Below are positions 1 to 9,262 of a DNA stretch of 34,937 nt, in pieces (position 1 is the stretch's first letter; each line of letters begins with the position of its first letter). The notes under the pieces were generated by a model. That model made no database searches, had not been told where the DNA came from, and saw only the letters and a list, made by a program, of their open reading frames with translations. A program made the position numbers and the translations under genes. This DNA comes from a virus (Duplodnaviria; Caudoviricetes), in IMG/VR virus record IMGVR_UViG_3300020413_001600, positions 1-34,937 of that record; one strand, written 5' to 3'.

Positions 1-12
1 CAAGAGCAAAAA

Positions 13-771
13 ATGAAGATAAACGAAATACAAGAATCATCAGACAGAGAATATCTTAATCTTCCTAAAGAAGATATTGAAAGATTACGGGAAAAGTTTC
101 TACCAGACTGGGAATACAAAAACAACAGCCTACAAAAAAGATATAAATTTGAAGATTACTTTGAAGTAATTGAATTTTTAATAAACACAATAAAACCACA
201 AGAAAAACTAGATCACCATGCTGACCTAGGAGTGTTTTACGATGAAGTCCTTGTAAAAATATACACACACAGGACAAATGATGTAACTGATTATGATTTC
301 ATGGTTGCCATGCAAATGGACATGATTGCCAAGATGAAACATGGAGCGATTAATCCAAACTATGACCTAAACGCATTAGTAGATGAGGGCACTAGATGTT
401 GGAAGGGCTATGAGAAAAAAGGAATGAAAACAATGTTTGGCAAAAGAGTGCCGAACTGTGTGAAAAGAGAACACGTTGACTTTTGTGTAAATTGCGGAAA
501 CATAATGTTGGACGAGTCTCTGGATGAGAATTTAAAGAAATGGTTTAAAGACAAATGGGTAAGAGTTGGACCAAAAGGAAAAATTAGAGGTGCCTGTGGA
601 GGCAAGAGCAAAGGTGAAGGTAAGCCTAAATGTTTACCACTAGCAAAAGCAAGAGGCCTAGGGAAAAAAGGTAGGGCATCAGCGGCACGTAGGAAGAGAA
701 GAAAAGATCCGAATCCAAACAGACGTGGTAAAGCAATAAACGTTGCCACGAAACGTAAGAAGAAAAAATAG
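13..771 (+). CDS. Fusion protein: pterin-4a-carbinolamine dehydratase (PCD/PhhB)-like domain plus basic phage modules; possible virion internal protein
   Basis: N-terminal W...LQKRYKFEDY...HHAD...IYTH...VTDYDF matches the PCD fold pattern. It is followed by CWKGY...VPNCVK and LKKWFKDKWV...KPKCLP modules recognised from phage proteins, and a very basic tail. Confidence 0.6.
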   Translation: MKINEIQESSDREYLNLPKEDIERLREKFLPDWEYKNNSLQKRYKFEDYFEVIEFLINTIKPQEKLDHHADLGVFYDEVLVKIYTHRTNDVTDYDFMVAMQMDMIAKMKHGAINPNYDLNALVDEGTRCWKGYEKKGMKTMFGKRVPNCVKREHVDFCVNCGNIMLDESLDENLKKWFKDKWVRVGPKGKIRGACGGKSKGEGKPKCLPLAKARGLGKKGRASAARRKRRKDPNPNRRGKAINVATKRKKKK

Positions 772-772
772 T

Positions 773-801
773 TTGCAATCCACACAAATCTGTTATATAC
801 T
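773..801 (+). promoter_or_regulatory. Sigma70-type promoter
   Basis: TTGCAA (773-778), 17 nt spacer, TATACT (796-801); AGGAG RBS before ATG 827. Confidence 0.75.
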
Positions 802-826
802 TGTTGGATAACAACAGGAGAAACAA

Positions 827-1084
827 ATGGCAGTAAGAAATTTCAATGACGCAGAAAAGCAGAAACTAATCCAGATCATATCTCAAGGATCACAGGTACT
901 TGGTGAAGTCGAGGACTTGAAAGGTGGATTGAAAGACACAGTAAAAGCAATAGCAGAAGAACTAGAATTAAAACCAGCGTTGATCAACAAAGCGATATCT
1001 GTTGCACACAAAGGCAACTACCAAAACATCGCAGACGAGATGGACACACTGGAAAGCATATTAAACACGGCCGGCAAACTATAG
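827..1084 (+). CDS. Small dsDNA-binding protein, T4 DsbA/GapR-like
   Basis: 85 aa helical protein with LKDTVKAIAEELELKPALINKAI pattern; strong RBS; lies upstream of the DNA polymerase. Confidence 0.55.
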   Translation: MAVRNFNDAEKQKLIQIISQGSQVLGEVEDLKGGLKDTVKAIAEELELKPALINKAISVAHKGNYQNIADEMDTLESILNTAGKL

Positions 1085-1362
1085 TGTATAATATACTCAA
1101 AGAATTTTGGGTAACAAGTTATAGAACAGACAAACTTGCTTTTTATTTAGAAATATTTTCTGTTACGGTGACCGTTTGGGGGTCAGCGTTATTAACTTTT
1201 ACTTCTCCGGGACCAGATATGAAATTAGTATTTCCATTGTATCTATTAGGTTCTACAACACTTGCTTATGCATCTTTCCGAAGAAGAATTATTTGGACTT
1301 GCGTATTGGCCTCATGGTTTACTATAATGAATGTAATAGGAAATTTTAGAGTATTTTTATGA
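1084..1362 (+). CDS. Small membrane protein (about 3 TM helices)
   Basis: GTG start overlapping the upstream TAG; three hydrophobic stretches; ATGA overlap with polB. Confidence 0.65.
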   Translation: MYNILKEFWVTSYRTDKLAFYLEIFSVTVTVWGSALLTFTSPGPDMKLVFPLYLLGSTTLAYASFRRRIIWTCVLASWFTIMNVIGNFRVFL

Positions 1363-4022
1363 GTTACATAGACGCACTATACAAAAAAGACGAAGACAAG
1401 ATTTACGTGGTTGAGCGTGATCCCAAGAAGGGTCGCGTGTTTGTGGAGTATGATGCTAGGTATGTGTTCTACTATCCTGACGCCAGGGGCAAACACAGAT
1501 CCATGACTGGCGAACCTTTGCAAAGAATCACCTGCCAGACTAATAAAGAATTCATTAAGGAGCAAAGGATAAGATCCAACAAGCAACTTTATGAACAAGA
1601 TATCAATCCGGTGTTCAGATGCTTAGAAGAAAACTATTTGGGCAAAGAAACGCCAAAGTTGAACACAATGTTTTTTGATATCGAAGTTGACTTCGATCCA
1701 GATCGAGGATATTCAACAACAGACGATCCGTTCATGCCCATAACTGCCATAAGTTGTTACATGAGCTGGACGGATCAACTGGTCACACTTGCAGTGCCGC
1801 CTAAAACAATCAGCATGGAAGATGCTAAAGAGCTGACCAAAAGATTTGATAACACAATGTTGTTTGAAAAAGAGAAAGACATGCTAGATGCATTCCTACA
1901 ACTGGTGGAAGACGCTGATATTTTATCCGGATGGAATTCAGAAGGATACGATATTCCATATACTGTGGGAAGGATACAAAAAGTCCTCAGCGGAGATGAC
2001 ACTAGACGTCTGTGTTTCTGGGGAGAAAAACCAAAGCGAAGAGTTTTTGAAAAATACGGCAGAGAACAATTAAGTTTTGACCTTGTAGGTCGAGTACACT
2101 TAGATTTATTAGAGTTATATAGGAAATACACATATGAAGAAAGACACAGTTTTAGATTAGATGCTATTGGCGAACATGAACTAGGCGAAAAGAAAACAAT
2201 ATATGAAGGTAGCCTTGATAATCTGTATAAGAATGACTTTGGACTTTTCATAGAATACAACAGACAGGATACGGCACTGTTGGCTAAACTTGAAAAGAAA
2301 CTTAAATTTATAGAACTTGCCAATGAGATAGCACACCAAAATACTGTGTTGCTACAAACTACAATGGGTGCTGTTGCTGTAACCGAACAAGCGATCGTAA
2401 ATGAATCACACAGACGTGGTATGATTGTTCCGGGTAGGAAATATAGAGAAAAAGATGCAGAGCCAGTAACGGCGGCAGGTGCATATGTGGCAACTCCGCA
2501 AAAAGGAATACATGATTGGATTGGATCAATTGATATCAATTCACTGTATCCATCTGTTATTAGAGCATTGAACATGGGTCCTGAAACCATTGTGGGACAA
2601 ATACGTCCTGTGATTACATCAGCAGAAATAAACAGGGCTAGGCACGCCAAGAAATCATTCGCGGCGGCTTGGGACAGTCAATTTGGAAGTTGGGAGTATC
2701 AAGCAGTCATGAACAAAGAAAAAGGCACAGAAATAATTGTTGATTGGGAAGACAAAACAAGTGTGAGAATGAGTGCCGCACAACTCAATGATGTTATATT
2801 CGAAGGAAACAACAAGTGGATGTTAAGCGCCAATGGTACAATATTCACGTATGAATATGAGGCTATTATTCCTGGCTTACTTAAAAGATGGTATGCTGAA
2901 AGACAGGAGATGCAAAGGAAAATGCATGAATGTGGTGACAACGAAATAGAAAGGGAGTATTGGGACAAGAGACAACTTGTTAAAAAAATTAATCTTAATA
3001 GTCTATATGGTGCTATTTTAAATCCTGGATGTAGATTTTTTGACATACGAATAGGGCAAAGTGTCACACTTACAGGCAGATGCATCACAAAACACATGGG
3101 AGCAAAAGTAAATGAAGTTGTAGCAGGCAAGTATGATCATAAAGGTGAAAGTGTTGTATATGGAGATACAGACTCTGTGTATTTTTCTGCGTTCAAAACT
3201 TTACAAAAAGAAATTCAGCAAGGTGATATACAATGGACAAAGGATTCTGTGGTAGCACTATATGATAAGATATCAGAAGAAGTGAATGGATCATTTAAAT
3301 CGTTTATGACCAAAGCATTCCATTGTCCAAGCACGAGAGGTGAAGTAATAAAAGCAGGCAGAGAACTGGTAGGTTCAAAGGGACTCTTTATAACAAAGAA
3401 AAGATATGCTCTGCTATACTATGACAAAGAAGGAGAAAGAACAGACACAGCAGGCAAAGAAGGAAAAATGAAGGCAATGGGACTGGATCTCAAACGTTCG
3501 GACACTCCAGTGTTTGTACAAGACTTCTTGAGTGATCTATTATACATGGTGTTGACAGGCAAAAGCGAAACAGAAGTATTAGAAAAAATAAGTGAATTCA
3601 GGGCTGAATTCAAAGCAAGACCAGGATGGGAGAAAGGATCTCCCAAGAGGGCAAACAACATGACCAAGTACACAGCGGCCGAAGAAGCCAAAGGTAAAGC
3701 AAACATGCCAGGACACGTGAGGGCCAGCATGAACTGGAATAGGTGCAGAGAAATGTATGGAGACAAATATTCATTGCCTATCACAGATGGTGCAAAAGTC
3801 ATAGTGTGTAAACTAAAAAACAATCCACTAGGCTATACAAGTATAGCATATCCAGTAGATGAGATGCGTATTCCGGAATGGTTCAAGGAACTGCCGTTTG
3901 ATGGTGACGCCATGGAGGGCACAATACTGGATCAAAAGATTGACAATCTTATAGGTGTGTTGGGTTGGGACGTGCAAAGCACGGAGACCACAAACACATT
4001 TAACAAACTATTTGATTTTTAA
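1359..4022 (+). CDS. polB: Family B DNA polymerase (T4 gp43-like)
   Basis: ExoI FFDIEVD, ExoII GWNSEGYDIPY, ExoIII YNRQD; polymerase motifs SIDINSLYPS, KINLNSLYG, YGDTDS, KKRY. Confidence 0.97.
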   Translation: MSYIDALYKKDEDKIYVVERDPKKGRVFVEYDARYVFYYPDARGKHRSMTGEPLQRITCQTNKEFIKEQRIRSNKQLYEQDINPVFRCLEENYLGKETPKLNTMFFDIEVDFDPDRGYSTTDDPFMPITAISCYMSWTDQLVTLAVPPKTISMEDAKELTKRFDNTMLFEKEKDMLDAFLQLVEDADILSGWNSEGYDIPYTVGRIQKVLSGDDTRRLCFWGEKPKRRVFEKYGREQLSFDLVGRVHLDLLELYRKYTYEERHSFRLDAIGEHELGEKKTIYEGSLDNLYKNDFGLFIEYNRQDTALLAKLEKKLKFIELANEIAHQNTVLLQTTMGAVAVTEQAIVNESHRRGMIVPGRKYREKDAEPVTAAGAYVATPQKGIHDWIGSIDINSLYPSVIRALNMGPETIVGQIRPVITSAEINRARHAKKSFAAAWDSQFGSWEYQAVMNKEKGTEIIVDWEDKTSVRMSAAQLNDVIFEGNNKWMLSANGTIFTYEYEAIIPGLLKRWYAERQEMQRKMHECGDNEIEREYWDKRQLVKKINLNSLYGAILNPGCRFFDIRIGQSVTLTGRCITKHMGAKVNEVVAGKYDHKGESVVYGDTDSVYFSAFKTLQKEIQQGDIQWTKDSVVALYDKISEEVNGSFKSFMTKAFHCPSTRGEVIKAGRELVGSKGLFITKKRYALLYYDKEGERTDTAGKEGKMKAMGLDLKRSDTPVFVQDFLSDLLYMVLTGKSETEVLEKISEFRAEFKARPGWEKGSPKRANNMTKYTAAEEAKGKANMPGHVRASMNWNRCREMYGDKYSLPITDGAKVIVCKLKNNPLGYTSIAYPVDEMRIPEWFKELPFDGDAMEGTILDQKIDNLIGVLGWDVQSTETTNTFNKLFDF

Positions 4023-4030
4023 ATAGTGGT

Positions 4031-4831
4031 ATGTTAAGCATCGAGGAAATAAAACTTTTAATAGAAAAACTTGAGAAGGCAAAGGAATCGGATTTAAAAG
4101 AGTTGATAGATACAAATCTAAAAATACTTAAAGATATTGAAACGGCTGTAGATGCAAACAATGAGGCTGTAATCGACAGATTGGACAAGACGCCAGAGTG
4201 GTTCACCAAAGACATTGACGCTAAAAGAATCAAACCAGTTGTAAGTCCATGGTTATTTAGATTGATACAGACAAAGATCTACCAGTTTGCCACAACCAGT
4301 GGACATTACAATAGTTTAGAGATAGGCCCTGGCACAGGCATGTTTTCACGAGAATTTACAGCATGGCATTTGAACTACTTCGTGGATGTCAATACATGGG
4401 TAGAAAAGAGTATTAGGAAAAAATTTCCACCTGCGGCACAAAAGCTGTTAAAGTTCTATCTCACAGACCGAACCAGATGTGATGACATACCTACTAACAG
4501 TTGTAATCTTGTTTTCAGTTGGGACACCTTTGTGTTCTTCACCAAGCCACACATTGAGGAATACTTGCAAGACATCAAGAGGGTTTTGATAGACGGTGGT
4601 TATGCATTTATACAATACGCAGACTGCCAAACAGAACCGGATCTGTCATATGCCCAAAGAAGTTACTGGAATTACAACACTAAATCAAGTATGAAAGAAA
4701 TGCTTATGACTGCAGGATTTGAAATAGTGGAAATGAATCAATTCATGGTTGGAGCAAATTTTGTAATATTTCGCAAGCCTGGTAAACAAAATACCGTGCT
4801 ATATGAAAAAAATGAAATAGTACTAGACTAA
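4031..4831 (+). CDS. Class I SAM-dependent methyltransferase with N-terminal coiled coil
   Basis: Motif I LEIGPGTG, NLVFSWDTFVF, YLQDIKRVLIDGG. Confidence 0.8.
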   Translation: MLSIEEIKLLIEKLEKAKESDLKELIDTNLKILKDIETAVDANNEAVIDRLDKTPEWFTKDIDAKRIKPVVSPWLFRLIQTKIYQFATTSGHYNSLEIGPGTGMFSREFTAWHLNYFVDVNTWVEKSIRKKFPPAAQKLLKFYLTDRTRCDDIPTNSCNLVFSWDTFVFFTKPHIEEYLQDIKRVLIDGGYAFIQYADCQTEPDLSYAQRSYWNYNTKSSMKEMLMTAGFEIVEMNQFMVGANFVIFRKPGKQNTVLYEKNEIVLD

Positions 4832-4852
4832 GATCTAAATATACTATACAAT
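4824..4852 (+). promoter_or_regulatory. Sigma70-type promoter with nested TAAATA motif
   Basis: TAGACT (4824-4829), 17 nt, TACAAT (4847-4852); TAAATA at 4836-4841. Confidence 0.6.
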
Positions 4853-4861
4853 AGCAACATT

Positions 4862-5599
4862 ATGATAGACATCTTAAAAGACATCGTTAAACATACGCAT
4901 GGACTGGGATTCTTGGATCTTGTTAAAATCACTGGCGACGACAAAGAGACTGTCATCGATTCAATGGCTGAAGACAGATCCGTGATCCTGCAAGGGTCTT
5001 TCCACAAACCACAAGCGGAAATGAATGGTACTTTTGGTATGCCTCAGATGGGTAAGTTAGATATCCACTTGAAGTGTCCGGAGTACAAGGAAAAGGCAAA
5101 AATAACTGTGTTGTCCGGTGAAAGAAACGGTGCAACAGTTCCAACAGGAATCCATTTTGAGAATGAAAAGGGTGACTTCAAGAACGACTACAGATTTATG
5201 AATGCTGAGATCATCAACGAGAAACTTAAGACTGTGAAGTTCAAAGGTGTTAAGTGGGACGTTGAAATCGAGCCAACCGTGGCAAGTGTGCAGAGATTCA
5301 ACTTCCAAGCAACTGCAAACACAGAACACAATTCATTCGTTGTGAGGACAGAAGACGGAAACTTGATTTTCACTTTTGGTGATCAAGCATCGCATGGTGG
5401 TGAGTTTACATTTGCAACTGACGTTAAGGGCACACTTAACAAAGGTTGGAGTTGGCCTGTAGGACAGGTGTTACAGATACTTAAACTTTCAGACTCAGCA
5501 AAGGTCATGTTGCACTTCTCCAACGAAGGTGCAATGATGGTCAGCGTTGACTCAGGCTTAGGCAAGTATCAATACATCATACCAGCACAGGCGCAATAA
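4862..5599 (+). CDS. Probable DNA polymerase sliding clamp (gp45/PCNA-like)
   Basis: 245 aa beta-rich two-domain pattern ending YQYIIPA like clamp C-termini; near polB. Inferred from size, pattern and context. Confidence 0.5.
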   Translation: MIDILKDIVKHTHGLGFLDLVKITGDDKETVIDSMAEDRSVILQGSFHKPQAEMNGTFGMPQMGKLDIHLKCPEYKEKAKITVLSGERNGATVPTGIHFENEKGDFKNDYRFMNAEIINEKLKTVKFKGVKWDVEIEPTVASVQRFNFQATANTEHNSFVVRTEDGNLIFTFGDQASHGGEFTFATDVKGTLNKGWSWPVGQVLQILKLSDSAKVMLHFSNEGAMMVSVDSGLGKYQYIIPAQAQ

Positions 5600-7047
5600 T
5601 GACGACAGATAATGGTAGGCAAGAACATCTCGGAGACTTGAGCAGAAACTTTGCTGTATTCTTGCCTGCTATATCAAATTTCTATAATACATTCGTCAGC
5701 AAACAAAGGGTGACAGAAGGCAAACATATTCCTGCTGAAAGGATACCCAAGACTTTTGAAAACGGCGTGGAATCGTTGAACTTTATTAATCCAGACAAAG
5801 GTATGTTTACCTATCCAACCGCACTATATTCGGCAGGACATGCCTGCTTGGACATGGACAAGGTCAATGACAGAGACCATATGTTTGTAAACAGAGATAG
5901 GAAGTTCAGCACCATAGTTGGAGATTCCGGTGGATATCAGATCGGCAAGGGTGTTATAAAATTTGATTGGAAAGATTTCGAAGGAAACAAAGCAAACAAA
6001 GTTAGGTCAGATATCCTAAATTGGCTAGAACTTACAAGCGACTGGGCAATGACACTAGACGTGCCAACATGGGCGGCTGATGATCTAAATAGTCCAAAGA
6101 CAGGACTTAAAAGTTTCCAAGACACACTGGACGGCACAATATACAACAACAAGTTCTTTCAAAAAAACAGGCTAGGGCAAACAAAATTATTAAACGTGTT
6201 ACAGGGAGATGACTGGAACACAGCACAGATATGGTATGATGCTGTCAAAGATTTTGAATTTGAAGGATGGGCAATGGGCGGTATAAACATGTGTGACATG
6301 GAGGTCATGCTGAAACGCCTAATAATTATGAGAGACGAGAAGAAACTTGACGGCAAAGACTGGATGCACGTACTAGGCACATCTCAAATGGACTGGGCCT
6401 GTTATCTTACACAGGTGCAAAGACAGGTAAGGAAACACATAAACGAAAAATTCACAATAAGTTTTGACAGTGCATCAGCATTTTTATCAACTGCGAATGG
6501 CCTCGTGTACACACACAACTCATTTACTCCTGATAGATTCTCTTTTGTGATGGACAAGGCTCCAGATGACAAAAGATTAAAAGGTTCAAATATACAATTT
6601 CCATTTGATAGTGGTGTTGGAAGAAGATTGACTATGGGTGATGTTTGCTTCTATGGCGAGAATGATCTAAACAAAAACGGTAAAATAGGGGCAACAAGTT
6701 GGGACAGTTTCAGTTATGTCTTAATGATGGCCCACAATGTTTACAATCAGATAAGGGCTATTCAAATTGCAAATGATCTCAATGACATAGAATCTATGAA
6801 GCACAGACCAGAAGTAAAACATTGGCGTAAAACAAAGGCATCGGACAAGACAGATGAGCCAAGCATATATGTTCCAAGAAATATTTTGTATTTCAACACA
6901 TTTGTCGAAGAAGTTTTTACCAGTGAAAAACCAATGGATGTGATTGCAAGTGCATCAAGTTACTTGGCAGACATAAGAGGAAATAGATGGGCAAGAGCGA
7001 CAGGTGGTGGTAAAGGCACCAATAACTTTAGTTCTTTATTTGAATAG
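5599..7047 (+). CDS. dpdA: tRNA-guanine transglycosylase-like protein; probable DNA 7-deazaguanine transglycosylase (DpdA family)
   Basis: TGT-family motifs in order: GDSGGYQ, MTLDVP, VLQG, GWAMGG, MHVLGT, SFDSAS, AHNV. FolE and QueE are in the same window. Confidence 0.75.
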   Translation: MTTDNGRQEHLGDLSRNFAVFLPAISNFYNTFVSKQRVTEGKHIPAERIPKTFENGVESLNFINPDKGMFTYPTALYSAGHACLDMDKVNDRDHMFVNRDRKFSTIVGDSGGYQIGKGVIKFDWKDFEGNKANKVRSDILNWLELTSDWAMTLDVPTWAADDLNSPKTGLKSFQDTLDGTIYNNKFFQKNRLGQTKLLNVLQGDDWNTAQIWYDAVKDFEFEGWAMGGINMCDMEVMLKRLIIMRDEKKLDGKDWMHVLGTSQMDWACYLTQVQRQVRKHINEKFTISFDSASAFLSTANGLVYTHNSFTPDRFSFVMDKAPDDKRLKGSNIQFPFDSGVGRRLTMGDVCFYGENDLNKNGKIGATSWDSFSYVLMMAHNVYNQIRAIQIANDLNDIESMKHRPEVKHWRKTKASDKTDEPSIYVPRNILYFNTFVEEVFTSEKPMDVIASASSYLADIRGNRWARATGGGKGTNNFSSLFE

Positions 7048-7056
7048 GAGGATAAA

Positions 7057-7260
7057 ATGAGGCTGACAAAGAGAAGAAGCAAAAAACTTAAGAAACTGGA
7101 AGAAGAACACTCCTACCTAGACCGTAAGGTAAAAGAACTTACCAAGGATAGGCTTAAAGACAGAAGTGCAGAGAGTAAATCAATATTGATGAGACTGAAA
7201 AAGACCAAATTGGCTTTGAAAGATGCCATAGCCAAGGCCAAGTCGACGTTGACAAAATAG
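7057..7260 (+). CDS. Small coiled-coil protein, YdcH/DUF465-like
   Basis: LEEEHSYLDRKV...LKKTKLALKDAI pattern; AGGAGG RBS. Confidence 0.6.
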   Translation: MRLTKRRSKKLKKLEEEHSYLDRKVKELTKDRLKDRSAESKSILMRLKKTKLALKDAIAKAKSTLTK

Positions 7261-7277
7261 CGTACCCGTAATATAAT
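7249..7277 (+). promoter_or_regulatory. Perfect consensus sigma70 promoter (leaderless transcript)
   Basis: TTGACA (7249-7254), 17 nt, TATAAT (7272-7277); ATG at 7283. Confidence 0.85.
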
Positions 7278-7282
7278 ATAGC

Positions 7283-7807
7283 ATGGACAGAGATTACAAG
7301 ACAGGCAAAAGTGACAGTGTAGGTATATTTTCAGGCTTTGAAGTTGAACACACTCCTGCGTTTGGTAAAAAGACGCTTTTCCTTGCAAGAAATGACTTAT
7401 TGTTTGATCAAATAGTTGATCTTGCACAAGAAGTAAACGCTGAAGCAATATACTTTGGTGCAAACAGAAGTTTTATGCACAACATTGTCAACACTCCACA
7501 ATTAATCAAGAGGCTAATGGACAAAGGTTATTGGTGCACAATTGACTACCAATACAGTGTACACAAAGACGTAAAACAAAATTTTTTAGAGATTTGGAAT
7601 GAGGAAAAGTTTATTCCGTTTTGCTCTATCATATTCCCAGACTCGGAGCAAGATAATAATTTATGCATCAAGGTAGACGACGTTGACTTCAACAAAACTA
7701 ATCCGGGTGTGTGGACAATGACTATGGATCACTATAAACAGTCATCAGGATATACATCATGGGAAGAATACAAACAGGACGAACCATTGGAGGTGGAGAA
7801 TGCCTAA
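7283..7807 (+). CDS. Hypothetical phage protein between dpdA and the QueD-paralogue
   Basis: 174 aa ORF with its own promoter; motifs EVEHTPAFGKKTLF, IYFGAN, KVDDVDFNKTNPGVW. Confidence 0.75.
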   Translation: MDRDYKTGKSDSVGIFSGFEVEHTPAFGKKTLFLARNDLLFDQIVDLAQEVNAEAIYFGANRSFMHNIVNTPQLIKRLMDKGYWCTIDYQYSVHKDVKQNFLEIWNEEKFIPFCSIIFPDSEQDNNLCIKVDDVDFNKTNPGVWTMTMDHYKQSSGYTSWEEYKQDEPLEVENA

Positions 7808-7970
7808 GAAAGATGAAGGTATGGCAAGTTATAATTCATTTATGCGCCAGAACAAAAAGTTCGAGAAGATGGGACTATATGGAACAGACTATTACATCAA
7901 GAGAGTTGAAATGCTAGAAGCAAAGGTAAAAAGACTACAAGCAAAACTTAAAAAGAAGGAAAGCAAATGA
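7800..7970 (+). CDS. Small basic coiled-coil protein (56 aa, not in ORF track)
   Basis: GGAGG RBS; MPKKDEGMASYNSFMRQNKKFEKMGLYGTDYYIKRVEMLEAKVKRLQAKLKKKESK; fills the gap and overlaps the next start as ATGA. Confidence 0.7.
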   Translation: MPKKDEGMASYNSFMRQNKKFEKMGLYGTDYYIKRVEMLEAKVKRLQAKLKKKESK

Positions 7971-8392
7971 GCAGTGAAGAAATGAGAGACCAAGCATTGA
8001 GTGAAAAGGCACACAAAGGAAGCAAGATGATATGGGTGACTTTTAGAAAAGAAGGGCTCCACAAATATCCAGCGGCATTGGATGATCCCAAACTTGCCAC
8101 AGGTGACTGGGACGACGTCAGCTTTTTAGGATATGTGCATAGACACATATTCCATTTTAAAGTAGCAATAGAAGTATTCCACGATGACAGAGATATAGAG
8201 TTCATACAATTCAAAAGATGGATGGAGAAAATGTACGCAGAAGGCACAATGAAGCTAGATTTCAAATCATGTGAGATGATGTCGGATGATTTATATGTAC
8301 AAATAACAAAAAAATATCCAGGTAGGAAAATAGTAATAGATGTTTCCGAGGATGGTGAAAACGGATCACACGCAGTATATGAAAGAGATTAA
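7967..8392 (+). CDS. dpdL: QueD/PTPS-like T-fold protein with LxxxHRHxF motif; putative CDG decarboxylase (DpdL-like)
   Basis: EGLHKY...LGYVHRHIFHF...SCEMM...VSEDGENG; metal-binding His pattern of the QueD fold, but without the CxxxHGH cysteine. Confidence 0.6.
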   Translation: MSSEEMRDQALSEKAHKGSKMIWVTFRKEGLHKYPAALDDPKLATGDWDDVSFLGYVHRHIFHFKVAIEVFHDDRDIEFIQFKRWMEKMYAEGTMKLDFKSCEMMSDDLYVQITKKYPGRKIVIDVSEDGENGSHAVYERD

Positions 8393-8699
8393 CTTTAAAG
8401 AAAAAAGAGCCACATCAAGAATGGGACATCTCCCAATTGAAGGTGGTGGCTTGAATGCATCATATACAACTGTCGATGCCATAGCAAACATCTGCACTAC
8501 GGCTGGTAACCTCGGCATGAAGTATGGAAAGGATTTCATTTGGTCGGGTACAGATTGGGACGACCAAGATGATGACTGTGTAACACTGTTGGTGAAAGAA
8601 GACAAGTACGAAACATTCTTGCACCTGGCCCTACAGAATGCACACAGGATTAAACACACTAACAAGGGCAAAGTTAAATTAATTAAGGAGAGAAAATGA
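8379..8699 (+). CDS. Hypothetical protein
   Basis: ATG 8379 is the likely start; ATGA overlap with the next gene. Confidence 0.65.
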   Translation: MKEINFKEKRATSRMGHLPIEGGGLNASYTTVDAIANICTTAGNLGMKYGKDFIWSGTDWDDQDDDCVTLLVKEDKYETFLHLALQNAHRIKHTNKGKVKLIKERK

Positions 8700-9262
8700 A
8701 GAGAGACCTAAAAATTCCAAAAGTTACTTTTCGAGTTAGAATAGGTGACGAAGTAGAAACCGATGGTGGTTGTGCAATTGGTGGACAATGGATTAACAAA
8801 ACAACCGACGACTTTTTTAAAGACAAACGAGTTGTGTTGTTTAGTTTGCCTGGAGCATTCACACCAACTTGTAGTTCGCAACAACTTCCTGGTTTTGAAA
8901 AAGAGTATGATGCTATTAAGAAGATGGGAATAGATGAAATATATTGTGTTTCCGTAAACGACTCATTTGTAATGAACGCTTGGTCCACTCATATGAAGAT
9001 TAAAAATGTTAAGATGATTCCTGATGGATCAGGAAACTTTACAAGGTTCATGGGTATGCTTATCGGTAAAAACCATTTAGGATTTGGTCTAAGGAGTTGG
9101 AGATACATGACTGTAATCAATGATAACACTATCGAAAAATGGTGGCAAGAGCCTGGAATCAACAACGAAGGCACTGACGACGATCCATACATAGAATCTA
9201 CTCCAGAGAACATGATTCGATATCTTCAAAATAAAACAAACTTTGCAGAAGTGCAAGGATAG
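8696..9262 (+). CDS. Peroxiredoxin (Prx5/Redoxin family)
   Basis: LPGAFTPTCS peroxidatic motif, SVNDSFVMNAW, PDGSGNFT, RSWRY. Confidence 0.93.
   Translation: MKRDLKIPKVTFRVRIGDEVETDGGCAIGGQWINKTTDDFFKDKRVVLFSLPGAFTPTCSSQQLPGFEKEYDAIKKMGIDEIYCVSVNDSFVMNAWSTHMKIKNVKMIPDGSGNFTRFMGMLIGKNHLGFGLRSWRYMTVINDNTIEKWWQEPGINNEGTDDDPYIESTPENMIRYLQNKTNFAEVQG

Noticed and set aside
1775-2650. 291 aa antisense ORF inside polB, and many other 60-140 aa antisense ORFs
   Set aside because: Shadow frames of well-supported genes, with no motifs, RBS or promoter.
1359-4022. Intein or intron in the polymerase
   Set aside because: 887 aa with normal motif spacing; no splicing or homing endonuclease motifs.
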